From contig NC_043008.1 of NCBI RefSeq assembly GCF_006345805.1, positions 32,550,001 to 32,614,000 on the forward strand: a DNA stretch of 64,000 bases, given 5' to 3'. Positions within the stretch are counted from its first letter, which is position 1, and each line of letters opens with the position of its first letter. Position numbers and translations under genes: made by a program. A model generated the notes under the pieces. The model searched no databases. It saw nothing but the letters and a program-made list of their open reading frames with translations, and was not told the origin of the DNA. Below are positions 1 through 13,701 of this stretch, piece after piece. The stretch is from Octopus sinensis (taxonomy: Eukaryota).

Positions 1-300
1 AATACCTCAGTTGATTTAATCAAATACACATTTGAAGTCAATGGCCATTGGCTAATGACTAAGCGGCAATTTATTTTGACAATAATGAAGGATTTAGTAG
101 AATAACTTTGTCGTTGTCAATCCAGTATTTGTAATATAAATTGCCATGAAATTTTAATGAATCGTTTAATTTAGATAATTGTAAAACAGAAAGCTTCTAT
201 CATAGACCCAGAGGTGTCCTCAGAAGAGCAGGTTTAAAGTTACCAGCTTAATACTGGAAAAATTATTTGAATAAATTCTTCATTATTTTCAATATTTATA

Positions 301-1290
301 AGGCAGCGAGCTCGCAGAAACGTTAGCACGCCGGGCGAAATGCTTAGCAGTATTTCGTCTGCCGCTATGTTCTGAGTTCAAATTCCACCGAGGTCGACTT
401 TGCCTTTCATCATTTCGGGGGTCGATTAAATACGTACCAGTTACGCACTGGAGTCGATATAATCGACTTAATCCGTTTGTCTGTCAATGTCTGTCCCCTC
501 TGTGTGTAGCCCCTTGTGGACAGTAAAGAAATAAGTATTTCGCCTGTTACAAGGTTCGACTTCGCCTTTCATCCTTTTTGGGGTCGATAAAACAAGCACC
601 AGTTGAACACTGGGATCGATGTAATCAACCAGTTCCTTATCCCCAAATTGCTGCGCTTGTGGAAAAGTTTGAAACCATTATTAAAGAGGCGTCGAGCTGG
701 CAGAATCGTTAAGCACACTGGACGAAATGTTTAGCGGTATTTCGCTCGTCGCTACGATCTGAGTTCAAATTCCGCCGAGATCGACTTTGCCTTTCATCTT
801 TTTGGGGTCGATAAATTAAGCATCAGTCGTGTATTGCGGTCAATCTAATTGACTGATCCCCTCCCCAGAATTTCGGAACTTGTGCCTACAGTAGAAAAGA
901 ATATTTACTGAAACAAGGCGACGAGCTGTCAGAATCGTTAGCTCATCGGGAAAAATGCTTAGCAGCATTTCGTTCGACTATACATTCTGAGATCAAATTC
1001 CGCCAAAGTCGACTTTACCTTTCACCTTTTTGGCTGAAATTGCTGGCTTTGTGCCAAAATTTGAAACCAATATTAAATGCATATAAAAGTCGGTAAGCTG
1101 GCACTATCGCTTTGCAGCATTTCAACCGTCTTTTCGTTTTCGTTCTGAGTTCAAATTCCACCGAGGTCGACTTTACCGTTCATCTGTTCACGGTCGCTAA
1201 TATAAGTAGCAATTGCACACTGGGGTTAATGAAATCGACTTACCCCTTCCCCCGGACTTGCTGGCCTTGTGCCACAATTTGAAGCCAATT
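301..1290 (+). mobile_element. Cluster of about 5 head-to-tail tRNA-derived SINE copies (family A; some partial)
   Basis: Repeated head AGGCGGCGAGCTGGCAGAATCGTTAGC, B-box-like GAGTTCAAATTCC and core GTCGACTTTGCCTTTCATCCTTTCGGGGTCGATAAA. Copies start near 301, 545 (partial), 685, 915 and 1090. Confidence 0.85.
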
Positions 1291-2266
1291 TACTGAAACA
1301 GGTTGTGTATTTCACAAAAGAATTAAATCCATAATGATAGCGAGCTTATAAACAGTTTTTGACAGTTAAAGAGCGTACTTGAACGCTGAAGAGAAACTAT
1401 ACAGTCAGGCTGATTGTAAATAAACACAAGATGCTTATGCCTGTTTATACAATGTAGATCTACGTAAAAATAAGGCGGAGTTACTTATCTTGTTCTTACT
1501 ATTATTGCTGTTGTTTATAGCCATTAAAAAGTCACAGGATTTGTAATGGCAGTGTGTTGTATTGCTACTGGTGATAGATATATAGAGATAGATAGGTAGG
1601 TAGATAGATAAATAGAGAGAGAGAGAGAGAGAGAGACCCATTGTTACACAATAGACATAAACAAAGACATGCACACACAAACACTCACATAAACACACAC
1701 ATACACGTACACACATAAACACGCATACACACAAACACAAATAAATGCAACAGTTTCTCCATCTTGTCTATAGTAGAACGAGATGCTTAGATGTACAAAG
1801 AAAAGAGCAGGAGAGATATATGGTGTAGGTAATTTGCGTAAATAAAAAAAAACGAGAGAAAAGATGTAACTCAGAGAGACCAACGACAGATTTGAATAAC
1901 GAAGACGAATAAGATTATAAATAAATACCATACAAGATAAATTCACATTTTGTTAACACTGTCTCCACTTCCAGAGAGGATAGAACAATCACTTGGTGGC
2001 AACTAGGATCAACTCAAATGAGAATGGTATATAATCTAAAGAACCGAGAATTCTCTAAAACTGATGTGCCATTAAGTAAGCCATAGTCTGATTGTATGGA
2101 GATAAGCGGACAGCGGAGGATTCGTGTTTCTACCTTAATAGGCGTCAACAAAACAGCGGTTGCTCCAAGTTGTCTCCATACATATGTATGTAAGTATGTA
2201 TGCATGTATTTATGTATGAATATATATGAATGTATGTATACATGCCTGTGTCTGAGTATATGTCTG

Positions 2267-2354
<88 letters not shown>

Positions 2355-2362
2355 CCTATCTA
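2267..2362. repeat. (TCTA)n microsatellite
   Basis: Direct reading; source of the YLSI/IYLS pseudo-ORFs. Confidence 0.95.
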
Positions 2363-2640
2363 TTTATCATTTTCTATCTATCAACATACACACACACATA
2401 CATATGTATATATCATACGAGACCTCCCTTACACGCACAGACACATATATATGAAGGCACACGCACAGATACATCAATGCTATCATATCATATCTACTTC
2501 TTATCTCCTAACTGCCTTTCTTATGTATTTGTATATATACATACATGTGCGCGCACACATACAGACTCACACACACTCATACACACACACCACACACACA
2601 CACACATACGCACGTGCGCGTACCCATATATGTCTGTATG

Positions 2641-3357
2641 TATTAGGTCTTCCCATAAATAATGTTTTTTTTTCAATTGCATGAACTAAAAGTCGAAGGG
2701 GGACAGGATAAACTACCTGCATCAACTTGCTATAAAAGCTGGTAGTAATTTTACATATTTTTTCAAAGCTATAATGGAAGTGACGAAGGAGCATATTCGG
2801 CATATTTTGCTTTATGAGTTCAATAAAGGCAACAACGCAACGGAAAGTGCGGGGAAAATTAATACAGTATATGGGGATCAGAGAAGCTTGGATTGGGTCA
2901 TTCAACCAGTCGTTCAAGTCAGCGCTAGAAGAAAAACGACCATCTTTGATTTCTTTCAAGACGAAAGGTGTTCTCCCATCAGGATAATGCTCGGTCACAT
3001 ACAGCGAGGATGACATTCTAAAAGCTGAGGCAGTTTGAATGGGAAACGATTCCCCACTTACCATATTCGCCGGACATTGCTCCGTCTGGTTATCATTTAC
3101 TCCGCAGTCTTCAAAATCATTTGGACGGAAAAAATATGAATTCTGTAGGTGAGATCAGAACAGTACTGGAAGAGTATTTTTCGTCACTGACAAGTAAATT
3201 TTATAAGAGGGGTCTTGCAAGTCCACCAGATAAATGGAAGAGTATTGTACAAAATGAAGGAGAGTATATTTTAGATTTAAAAAGAACTTTGTTTATCATA
3301 ATGTTGCAAAATAAAAGAAGTATAAAAAAACTGCCTTATTTATGGGATCACCCAATA
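2641..3357 (+). mobile_element. Internally deleted mariner (Tc1/mariner) transposon with both TIRs
   Basis: TIRs TATTAGGTCTTCCCATAAATAATG (2641) and TTATTTATGGGATCACCCAATA (to 3357), each ending in TA. N-terminal HTH MEVTKEHIRHILLYEFNKGNNATES at 2774. Frameshifted HQDNAR and EWETIPHLPYSPDIAPSGYHL motifs; C-terminus KWKSIVQNEGEYILD. Confidence 0.93.
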
Positions 3358-3387
3358 TGTATGTTTTCATTTTCTCTTTTCAATATC

Positions 3388-3620
3388 TATTTCTTTATTA
3401 ACCACAAGGGGCTAAACACAGAGGGGACAAACAAGGACAGACATAGGTATTAAGTCGATTACATCTACCCAAGTGCGTAACTGGTACTTAATTTATCGAC
3501 CTCGAAAGGATGAAAGGCAAAGTCGACCTCGGCGGAATTTGAACTTAGAACGCAGCGGCGGACGAAATACTGCAAAGCATTTCGCACGGCGTGCTAACGA
3601 TTCTGCCAGCTCACCGCCTT
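3388..3620 (-). mobile_element. SINE family A, full length (tail type 1), with target-site duplication
   Basis: Reverse complement of the family A consensus, flanked by direct repeat TTTCAATATC at 3378-3387 and 3619-3628. Confidence 0.88.
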
Positions 3621-4229
3621 TCAATATCGACGGTCACCTGCCTGGGTGCAAGGTTTTCGATGAAAGCATTTTGTTTTATTCATTGTCTTAGATATCTTGT
3701 TCATTTGTAGAATATGAATTAAGAAGCTGCATTCTCTCCCCAAGAATCCCATATCAGCCATACTTTGCTCCAGACGGGTTGGTATATATCCTGTTGCTTC
3801 AATAACAATAAGTATGAAACTGAAAGTGTATGTTTGGTACTGAGTTTGCAAACACTCCTTATCAATAATCCCTACATATTCTCTTTCTCTTGTATTTTTC
3901 TGACCACGTTACGTTGATGTTCAGAAAGCAGATGATTTTCACGTCAGATCATGTTTTTGTCTTATGGTTTCACAATATTTGGCTGGCTGTGTTTTAATTT
4001 TTTTTTGTATGTGCGTGTGTGTGTGTGTGTGGGGTGTTTATCCTTAAGTTCCACCAATACTCTTTTGACCATCTGTGTCAGTAGTCATCTTTACCTGCAG
4101 GTATACTTTTTCCTCATCTGCTCCAGATTGCTCTTGTCACTACACCAGACTTCACTGGAAGATAGTATCTAAAAGAGATACCGTCACAGCTGGCAATAAT
4201 GTAGTTTATGTCTTCAGTTTTGTTTTGCA

Positions 4230-4412
4230 TGTATGTATGTATGTATGTATGTATGTATGTATGTATGTATGTATATGCATATGTATGTATGTATTATGTA
4301 TGTGCGTATGTATGTATGTATGTATGTATGTATGTATGTATGTGCGTATGTATGTATGTATGTATGTATGTATGTATGTATGTATGTATGTATGTATGTA
4401 TGTATGTATGTA
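4230..4412. repeat. (TATG)n microsatellite
   Basis: Direct reading; similar tracts at ~4735-4797, 19975-20072 and 39147-39231. Confidence 0.95.
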
Positions 4413-5496
4413 TGGTTTTTGCAAACAACTTACAGATGTAAGTGCTACCAGTTGAAAGCTCCGCATACCGGATGCTAGCAAGTTTATGGGGCCACCAGGA
4501 AAGAATGCGCACCATTTCGGGGCCTACCACTCGACGGCATCATTGTGGACCGGCCCCCCACCCCTCACTGAAATTGGTTATCAGGTTTCGCTCAATATTC
4601 TTCTAGCAATATTCATCGTCTCTTTTTAACCAAATCCAGTGGCTTGCCTTTTCCACTATTGATTGGATATTACTTATGATGGTGTGTATGTGTATGCGTG
4701 TATATATGTACTACGTACGTATGTACGTATGTAGTATGTATGTATGTATGTATGTATGTATGTATGTATGTATGTATGTATGTATGTATGTATGTATGTG
4801 TTGTTTTGTGTGTGCGCGCTCGTATGCATGCTTGTATCTAAGTATGTACAAGTATATGTATGTATATAAACCTATTGAGAACATGTTGATTTTGGACTTA
4901 GTCATTAAATCAATAACTTCAAATCTATTTTTTCTTTCTCTAATTCTTCACAGAATGTTTGAAGCCATTTTGTCAGCGATTTGTCAAATAATATTTATCT
5001 CGATATCTTTGACTTTGCTTTTGTACATGATTTCATTTTCTTAGTTCTTTTTTTACTCATAACTTTCCTTTTTGTTCTGTTTCTTTTTTTCTTTTTTCCT
5101 TCTTTTCTCCCCCCCTTGTTTCCTATTTTTTCTCCATTGTATGTCTATTAAATCCATTTTTTCCCCAACTTTCTTTCGATCTTATTTACTTTCTTAGTTT
5201 ACCGTTCTTTAATTTTTTCCTGCTTCATTTCCATCTTTCCTTCTTCGTTTCCCACTTTCTTCCCACATATTCTTTCCCCACCCTCACGTCATTTCTCTCC
5301 CTTGATATTTCTCTTTGTATCTCGCTTTCACTACAACCCGTACTCACCCTCACACGCAATTTTATCGCAATGAGAATATATAAAAAAAAATAGTACTCTG
5401 CTGTAAATGTCTTTCTGTTTTTCTGTTTATGTATTTCTACATATAACACATGCATTTCAATCCCCATTCTTACGACAGACAGAATATTGTAAAGTT

Positions 5497-5892
5497 ATTC
5501 TTTTACTCTTTTACTTGTTTCAGTCATTTGACTGCGGCCATGCTGGAGCACCACATTTAGTCGAGGAAATCGACCCCAGGCTTATTCTTTGTAAGCCTAG
5601 AACTTATTCTATCGGTCTCTTTTTGTCGAACCGCTAAGTTATGGGGACGTAAACACACCAGCATCGGTTGTCAAGCAATGTTAGGGGCGGGGGGACAAAC
5701 AAAGACACACACACACACACACATATATATATACATATATACGTCGGGATTCTTTTAGTTTCCGTCTACCAAATCCACTCACAAGGCTTTGGTCGGCCCG
5801 AGGCTATAGTAGAAGACACTTGCCCAAGGTGCCACGCAATGGGACTGAACCCGGAAGCATGTGGTTGGTAAGCAAGCTACTTACCACACAAC

Positions 5893-5893
<1 letters not shown>
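5497..5893 (-). mobile_element. SINE family B (tRNA-like head, CORE-like CCTTGGGCAAGTGTC, internal TA/CA microsatellite, (GAGTAAAA)n tail)
   Basis: Matches the shared consensus GTGGCTGTGTGGTAAG...GGTTCAGTCCCA...CCTTGGGCAAGTGTCTTCTAC...GGTGCTCCAGCATGGCCGCAGTCAAATGACTGAAACAAGTAAAAGAG. Confidence 0.88.
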
Positions 5894-5956
<63 letters not shown>

Positions 5957-5966
5957 GTGTCGGCAA

Positions 5967-6430
5967 CTTAAATGCCAGTGAAACACTGGGATCAATGTAA
6001 TCGGCTAACCCCCTCTCCAAAAACTGCTGCCCTTGTTGCAATATTTCAAACCATTATTGTTATTATTGTCGCTACGTTCTGAGTCCAAATTTCGAAGTGG
6101 TCGACTTTGCCTTTCATCCTTTCGGAGTCAGTTAAATAAGTATCAGTTATGCACTGGTTCGATGTAATTGACTTAATCCCTTTCCCCCAAATTTCAGGTC
6201 TTGTGCCTACAGTAGAAAGTATTATTAAGGCGGCGAGCTGGCAGAATCGTTAGCACACCGAGCGAAATACTCAGCAGTATTTCGTCCGTCTTTAAATTCT
6301 GAGTTCAAATTCCGCGGTGGCTGACTTTGCAGTGATGAAATAAGTACCAGTTGTGCACTGGAGTTGATGTAATCGACTAGTCCCTTACCCCCAAATTTCC
6401 GGCCCTGTGCTGATGGTAGAAAGGGTTATT
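5967..6430 (+). mobile_element. Cluster of 3 SINE family A copies (two partial, one full from ~6228) between (ATT)n tracts
   Basis: Family A core and tails; (ATT)n at 5894-5956 and ~6426-6455. Confidence 0.8.
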
Positions 6431-7352
6431 ATTATTATTATTATTATTATTATTGTTGATGTTCATAATTTATCGATCTCGATCCAGTTCATCTTATTTT
6501 GTATTTTCAGAATGAAATATTCCGTTATTGTAAAGCTAAATCAATCTTTAGGTATGGCTTTGTAATTCCAGTTAACACAAAGTGACAAACATACACGTAT
6601 ATACATGTACATGCGCGCGCAAATGCACATACGCACGCGCGCACACATACTCGTAAGAAAATGGTATCGGTTTAAGTGCAGCCAAATAACATACTTTAAA
6701 GATCTAATGGATTGTTTGCGTTGACTGATAGTAAATATTCTTTCAAAGATGTCACAAATTAATTGCATAAAACCTCAATATTTAAGAAAAGAAAAGAAAA
6801 TTTGAAATAGTTTATTACATTCCTACCTGTTGGAACGCTTATGGGATTAAAAACAATACAAAAAAGCAGGATATCTTTCTATTTCTCTATATGTACGCCC
6901 CCACACACACCACACACCACACACTCATATATATATACATATATACATGCATACATACATACATGCATACATACATATGCACATATAAATATATTCGTAC
7001 AAATGCATATGTGAATATATTATATATATATAATGTACATATATGTATTTATAATCGTAGTTCTATAATGTAAACCGTATATCGTAATCTAATATAAACT
7101 GGCTGTAATTTTTGTGTTTTTGTGGTGAAAAATCCGATGACAGATCCACAAATAACACAAACGATCAAATAACAAGAGAGCAAGGCTGATACATTAATTT
7201 CAAGACGGAATTAAGAATGTCACTGGAATGTATGTTTCTGACAAGAAAAAAATGTGGAATAAAGTTTTTAGGAATTAATTTCTAATTATGCTGGTAAGCT
7301 CTCTGTGTGATTACTAAGTAGTTTTATTTAAATTTAGTACTTCAAGAATTGC

Positions 7353-7720
7353 AGGCAGCGAGCAGGCAGAATCGGTAGCACGCCAGGTGAAATACTTAGT
7401 GGTATTTCGTGTGTCATTACATTCTGAGTTCAAATTCCGCCGAGGTCGACTTTGCCTTTCATCCTTTCGGGGTCGATAAATTAAGTACCAGTTACGCACT
7501 GGGGTCGATTTAATCGACTTAATCCCTTTGTCTGTCCTTGTTTGTCCCCTCCATGTTTAGCCCCTTGTGGGTAGTAAAGAAATTGGTATTTCGTCCGTCC
7601 TGAGTTCAGATTTTACCAAGATTTATTTTGTCTTTCATCCTTTTGGTGTTGATAGACGATGTAATCGACTAACCCACTAACCCGAAATTGCTGGCTTTGT
7701 GTCGAAATTTGAAACTAATA
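7353..7720 (+). mobile_element. SINE family A full copy (tail type 1) followed by a partial copy
   Basis: Near-identical to the copies at 301, 3388 and 14309. Confidence 0.85.
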
Positions 7721-7760
7721 TTTCAAAAATCGAATACAGACACATATACATATATGCATA

Positions 7761-7976
7761 CAGAAATCCCTCGACTATCGCGAGTGTTACGTTCCAAACA
7801 GCCCGCGATAGATGAAAATCCGCGAAGTTGTAACAGTACTGTATATTTTTTGTATTATTTTTATAATTTGTATATATTTATTTTATTATAAATGCAAAAC
7901 AACAGCACGAAGGAATCGACGTAAGCGTAAATAATAAACCGCGATAGGTGAATCGCAATATAGCGAGGGATTACAG
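7761..7976. mobile_element. pogo/Tigger-like MITE with TA target duplication
   Basis: TA|CAGAAATCCCTCGACTATCGCG at 7759 and GCAATATAGCGAGGGATTACAG|TA ending at 7978. TIRs of the CAGTAATCCCTCG type; non-coding AT-rich interior. Confidence 0.8.
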
Positions 7977-8866
7977 TAAGTATACAAAGATACACACACA
8001 TACACGTATATATGTATGTATATGTCAAAATATGATGGAAAATTTGGTATATTCTTATACAGATGTGCGCGCACTTGTGTTTATGCATATTTGTGTTTCT
8101 AATATATATTTGTACTTGATGTAAAACATAAATCAGCGAGAATTATGTAGGGTTCTTGACACACCTTTTATATTTAATGCAAACACGCGAGATAGTTAAG
8201 ACTATTAACGCTTGTAATAGATATTGTCTTCGTACCTAGTATGTAACAGTGATATTTTCAGTGTTCCTCCGCTAACTTAGAATTTCATTCGACTTTTCCG
8301 TTGGATTCAGTATTTAGGATGCACCTATACAATGACTCAGCCTCCAAATGCTTTTGTCCACTGTATCATTCTGGCAATACGTACAGCAGCAACAACAACG
8401 AAAAATTTAAGTAATGTTGTAGGAAGGAACAGGTAATATTTATCTCCCCTCTGGTACTTATTTCCATTTGCTCAGTAGCTTGTCCACATTGCATGTAAAC
8501 TATCATAGGAACAAACTAAATGGCGAATCTTTGACTGCTTGTATCATCCTCCAAATAAACAACCAGTTCGAAATGAATATTGAGCAAAATAAATAAGTAA
8601 ATAAAAAAATCGCAGAGCGGTGGTATTTTAAAGATAATTTTTTGATCTTGAGGCCCCGATACTATCCACCTTGTCTACCTTGTACCGCTAAAGCCATTAC
8701 AAAAAACGTCTTCTATCTAAATCCTTCTATTTTATAAACTGAGCAGATTATATACTGTAGCTCATCTTTTATACCAAGAGAAAACAATGTACATGATAAC
8801 ACTTCCAATAAGTTAAGATGATTGTTGCTGCTGTAGTTGTTGTTGTTGTTGTTGTTGTTGCTGGTG

Positions 8867-8940
<74 letters not shown>

Positions 8941-8942
<2 letters not shown>

Positions 8943-9585
8943 GGCAGTGAGCTGGCAGAATCGTCAGCAAATTCCACCAAGGTCTACTTTGACATTTATC
9001 CTTTCGGGGTCGATAAAATAAAGTATTATTCAAGTACTGGGATCGATGTGCTAGACTTACTTCCTTTCCTAAATTCGCTGATCTTGTACCAAAATTTGAA
9101 GGAATTTTATAATTGCATTATAAGACAAGGCGGTGTGTTGGCAGAATCGTTCGCACATCAGACAAGATTCTTAATATTTCTTGTTGGTCTTTATGTTCTG
9201 ATTTCAAATTCTACCGGGGCCGATTTTACCTTTCATTCTTTTTGAGGTCGATAAAATAAGTACCAGTTGAACACTGGGGTCTATGTAGTTGACTATCATC
9301 CTCCACTCAAAATTGCTGGTCTTGTTCCATAAATTTGAAACAACTAATTCATTGTAAAAAAGAAGGGTGTTGAGCTGGCAGAATCACTAGCACGTCGGAC
9401 AAAATGCATAGTGACATTTCTTCCAATTCTGCACATTCTGAGGTTAAATTCCGCCGAGGTCGACTTCGCCTTTCATCCTTTCAGGTTCGATAAAATAAAT
9501 ATCAATTGAGCACTAGGGTCGATAAAATCGATTATCATCCTCACTAAAAATTGCTGGCCTGGTACCAAAATATGAAAGTATTATT
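8941..9585 (+). mobile_element. Cluster of 3 head-to-tail SINE family A copies
   Basis: Heads at ~8941, 9126 and 9365. The first directly follows a (CAT)n(TAT)n tract. Confidence 0.82.
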
Positions 9586-9945
9586 ACATTATAAAATGTT
9601 TAAAATATCACGTCTTGTGCTTAAAAACAGACTTTTAAGAATTTCACTGAAAATTTTGTGAAGACGCATAAAAATTCGATATTTCAGGAGAGCTCTGAAC
9701 AGGATGATGTTACTTCGGGCCTTTTTTCTGATATAGTTTAAGTGAATGAAGTAAAATTGCTTCGATTAAGTGTTGGAAGTGCATCGCTTGCTCATTTGCT
9801 TCTCGTCTTTTATGTGAAACTTTTACTTAACTTATGATGGAGTAAGAGAGACACCGTCGATACCTGCAGCTTGTCTCGGATATTTAGGCCTGGCAGAGTC
9901 TATCTCTTTCAGGTTTAAAATCCAGCCGATTTCTTCCGGAGAGTG

Positions 9946-10050
9946 AAAGAAGAAGAAGAGAAGAAGAAGAAGAAGAAGAAGAAGAAGAAGAAGAAGAAGA
10001 AGAAGAAGAAGAAGAAGAAGAAGGAGAAGAAGAAGAAGGAAAAGAAGAAA
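9946..10050. repeat. (GAA)n microsatellite with purine-rich extension
   Basis: Direct reading. Confidence 0.95.
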
Positions 10051-11274
10051 ATGCTGTAGTAGTAGAAGGAAAAAATGAAGGAGGATGAAGGGGAGAAGGA
10101 GGAGAAGGAGAAGAAGGAGGCCTGATAAGAGAAGGAGAAGAGACATCAGTATCAGATTGATACTTCATTTACTGAATCTTCTACCACTTTCGTCTCTGTA
10201 TGAAGTGTCAACTTTCACATTGGCGAAAGTTGAGTTCAGAGAGCAGGAATTAACTGGACTGCACACTGCTCTAACGGTTCTGCCAATTCGCCTCCACCAT
10301 CTTTATCTGCACATACATCACGAAGAATATCTTTTTGATGCTTATATTACGAAACTTTAGAAAGTGTCATCATACGACAGAACATTTTTAGTATACTTTT
10401 CTTTTTATATCGTCTTCAATATCCATTATTTATGAACTGTTACCAAGATTTAGCAAAACTGGTAATTTTTGAGAGAAACTACATTCTAGATTGCTGAAAA
10501 GAAGACATTTACAGCTTTCAGAAGAGGAACAGAATAATTACCAAGTGCTAGTTAACCTCTTTAAGCCGAATATCAAATATCCAAGAGATTCTCAAACCAA
10601 CCATTTTCTCAAAGTCAGCAATGAACGAAATAAAGCCAACGTTATCTTAATCCGTGTCCATACAAAATTCGGTCTCATCAAATCTCACCATAATAATAAC
10701 AGGTTGCGAGAAGCCTTTCCTTACATTTTGCATTAAGAATGAGACAGAATGAAAATTAATTTCATAACATCCTTCCTTTTCAAAGAAATAATTGTAACTT
10801 CTGATTGGATGCTAACATCAATAAACACAATTGCAGAATATATACTGAAAGGAAAAAAAAAAAAAAAAACTCCATCTGTACGTGTATGTGTCCTGCAGTC
10901 AATAACGCTTAATTCCTACACGTTCGTAGTTTGTGTGTTTGCACGCGCATGCGTATGTTTGCGTTTCTGTGTGCATGTGTACATGGATGTGTGGCGGTGG
11001 GGGGTATGGGTGGATGGAGGTTTGTGGTAAATCTAACAGCATTCTTTCTGATGAAATATCTGCAAGTACTGGAAATTATTTGATAATGTTCCCATGTTCT
11101 ATGCCGACAATTGATGCAGCATGACGAATATTGACGGTTTGTTTCTTCGGCTAGTTTATTCTGTTGTGTTTGTATTATTTTGTTTTATTCTCTCACTCTT
11201 TTATTGTTTTTCTTCCTTCCTTCCTTCCTTCCTTCCTTCTTTCTTTCTTTCTTTTTCCTCCTCTCTCTGCCCCA

Positions 11275-11277
<3 letters not shown>

Positions 11278-11336
<59 letters not shown>

Positions 11337-11640
11337 ATATATATATAATATATATATATATATATACGTATATATATATATAGGTATATATATACTTACA
11401 TATACATATATATATATATGCATATATGTGTATATATAGGTATATATACATATTATATACATAGCATATATAACATATATATACACGTAGATATATATAA
11501 TATGATATATCATATGTAAAGGTGTATATATATATATATGTATGTATACATATATATGTATATATATAGATGCATATATATGTATATATATACACACATA
11601 CACATATATATGTATATGTATATATATATATAATTTATGT
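11278..11640. repeat. Degenerate (TA)n low-complexity tract
   Basis: Direct reading; source of the IY-repeat pseudo-ORFs. Confidence 0.92.
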
Positions 11641-11993
11641 GTTGTCTATGTTTGTGAATGGGTGCGTGCGTATTTATGCATATGTATATATATGTAAGTG
11701 TGTGTGTGTGTATGTGTGTAGGTGTGTGTGTTTTTGTGTGTTACTGTGTACATTAATCTGCTTGCTCACATCCATATACCTGTGCATGTGTACATAAATG
11801 TAAAGTATAGGCATACATGTGCCAACGCAGGATTGTATGCTTGATATGCGTCTACATTATACATACATATGCATATGTGCGTTCGTGCGTGCGTGTGTAT
11901 AATATTAACACTTTTCTAGGCTTTCGTTTAGCTGCTTGAGATTTTCTCAATGCTTTCTTGTAGATTGCTTAATGTGAAGAAGACATGATCAGA

Positions 11994-12145
11994 AGTGGCT
12001 GTGTGGTAAGAAGCTTGCTTCCCAACCACATGGTTCCGGATTCAGTCCCACTACGTGGCACCTTGGGTGAGCGTCTTCTACGATAGCTACGGACTGACCA
12101 AAGCCTTATGAATATATATGGCTGACGGAAACTGAAAGCCCGTCG

Positions 12146-12196
<51 letters not shown>

Positions 12197-12426
12197 ATAA
12201 ATCTATGTGTGTGTGTCTTTGTGCCTGTGCTTGTCCCCCACATCACCGCTTGACAACTGGTGTTGGTGTGTTTACATCCCCGTAACCTAGCGGTTCCGCA
12301 AAAGAGACCGATAGAATAAGTACCAGGTTAAAAAAAAAAGTACTGGAGTCGATTCATTCAGCTAAAAAAAATTCAAGGTAATGCCCCAGTATGGCCGCAA
12401 TGACCAAAACAGGTAAAAGATAAAAG
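11994..12426 (+). mobile_element. SINE family B
   Basis: Head-to-tail match to the family B consensus. Confidence 0.87.
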
Positions 12427-12649
12427 ATTGTATTAGACCACCACCACCACCACTACCATCACCATGATTAATAATGTTCCAAATGTGACCATCCGGCCTT
12501 ATCTTTAGAGTCATAGTATACATTTTCTTAAGTCTTTAGAGTATGATGTTGGATAGATTTGGCTACTGTTTTTAGCAAGGCATGAGGAGATGTTGAAGCT
12601 TGTCTGTAAAGTAACTAATACGCCCACTCGCGAGCACACATACATATAT

Positions 12650-12888
12650 GAGCCGGAAACTACAGCCTAGAAGACGATCCTCGTGCTATGATCTATAGAG
12701 CTCGACAAGGGCGCCCTACAAACCCTGGTGGAGCAAAATCCCATCGTAACTGTTGAGAAACTAGCAAAGAAGCTAGGATTTGGTCATTCAACCAGTCATT
12801 CAAGTCAGCGCATTGTAGATTAAATAAGAACATTTTGAAAAATAAAAAAAGTATAAAAACACCGCATTTTTTATGGGATAACCCAATA
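12650..12888 (+). mobile_element. Truncated mariner deletion derivative (same family as 2641-3357)
   Basis: Translates as NYSLEDDPR then ELDKGALQTLVEQNPIVTVEKLAKKLGFGHST (second HTH). Ends in the 3' TIR TTTTATGGGATAACCCAATA. Confidence 0.85.
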
Positions 12889-12963
12889 TATATATATATA
12901 TATATATATACACATGCACGGGAGCATATGCGCATACATATATCATATATATATATATATATA

Positions 12964-13192
12964 TACTCTTTTACTCTTTTACTCTTTTACTCTTTTACTT
13001 GTTTCAGTCATTTGACTGCGGCCATGCTGGAGCACCGCCTTTAATCGAGCAGCTCGACCCCGGGACTTATTCTTTGTAAGCCCAGTACTTATTCTATCGG
13101 TCTCTTTGCCGAACCGCTAGGTGACGGGGACATAAACACACCAGCATCGGTTGTCAAGCGATGTTGGGGGGACAAACACAGATATACAAACT

Positions 13193-13224
<32 letters not shown>

Positions 13225-13369
13225 CATATATACGACGGGCTTCTTTCAGTTTCCATCTACCAAATCCACTCACAAGGCTTTGATCGACCCGAGGCTATAG
13301 TAGAAGACACTTGCCCAAGGTGCCACGGAACCATGTGGTTGGTAAACAAGCTACTTACCACACAGCCAC

Positions 13370-13370
<1 letters not shown>
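12964..13370 (-). mobile_element. SINE family B
   Basis: Reverse complement of the consensus, with a (TACTCTTT)n tail. Confidence 0.88.
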
Positions 13371-13453
<83 letters not shown>

Positions 13454-13666
13454 ATGCCGTACAATATGTCGTACTAAGCAACGCTGAATGAAACGTTCGT
13501 AGAAAGTTATATTCACCATGCTTATGTGCACTCGAACGTGAAAAGACCTTATACATGGTCTCCTTTTTCACGTGTCTAAGAGGAGAATTTTCCCTTGGAG
13601 GTAATTTCTACAACGGTAGGTTTCTCATGTCCGTGTGCGCTCAAATCTGTTAAATATAACTTTACT

Positions 13667-13701
<35 letters not shown>

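Noticed and set aside
301-400. SINE heads as tRNA genes
   Set aside because: A/B-box-like motifs are present, but there is no cloverleaf and each head is fused to a SINE body.
10491-10736. 81-aa non-repetitive ORF (alternative start) as a possible exon
   Set aside because: No recognisable motif, splice signals or compositional contrast to support it.
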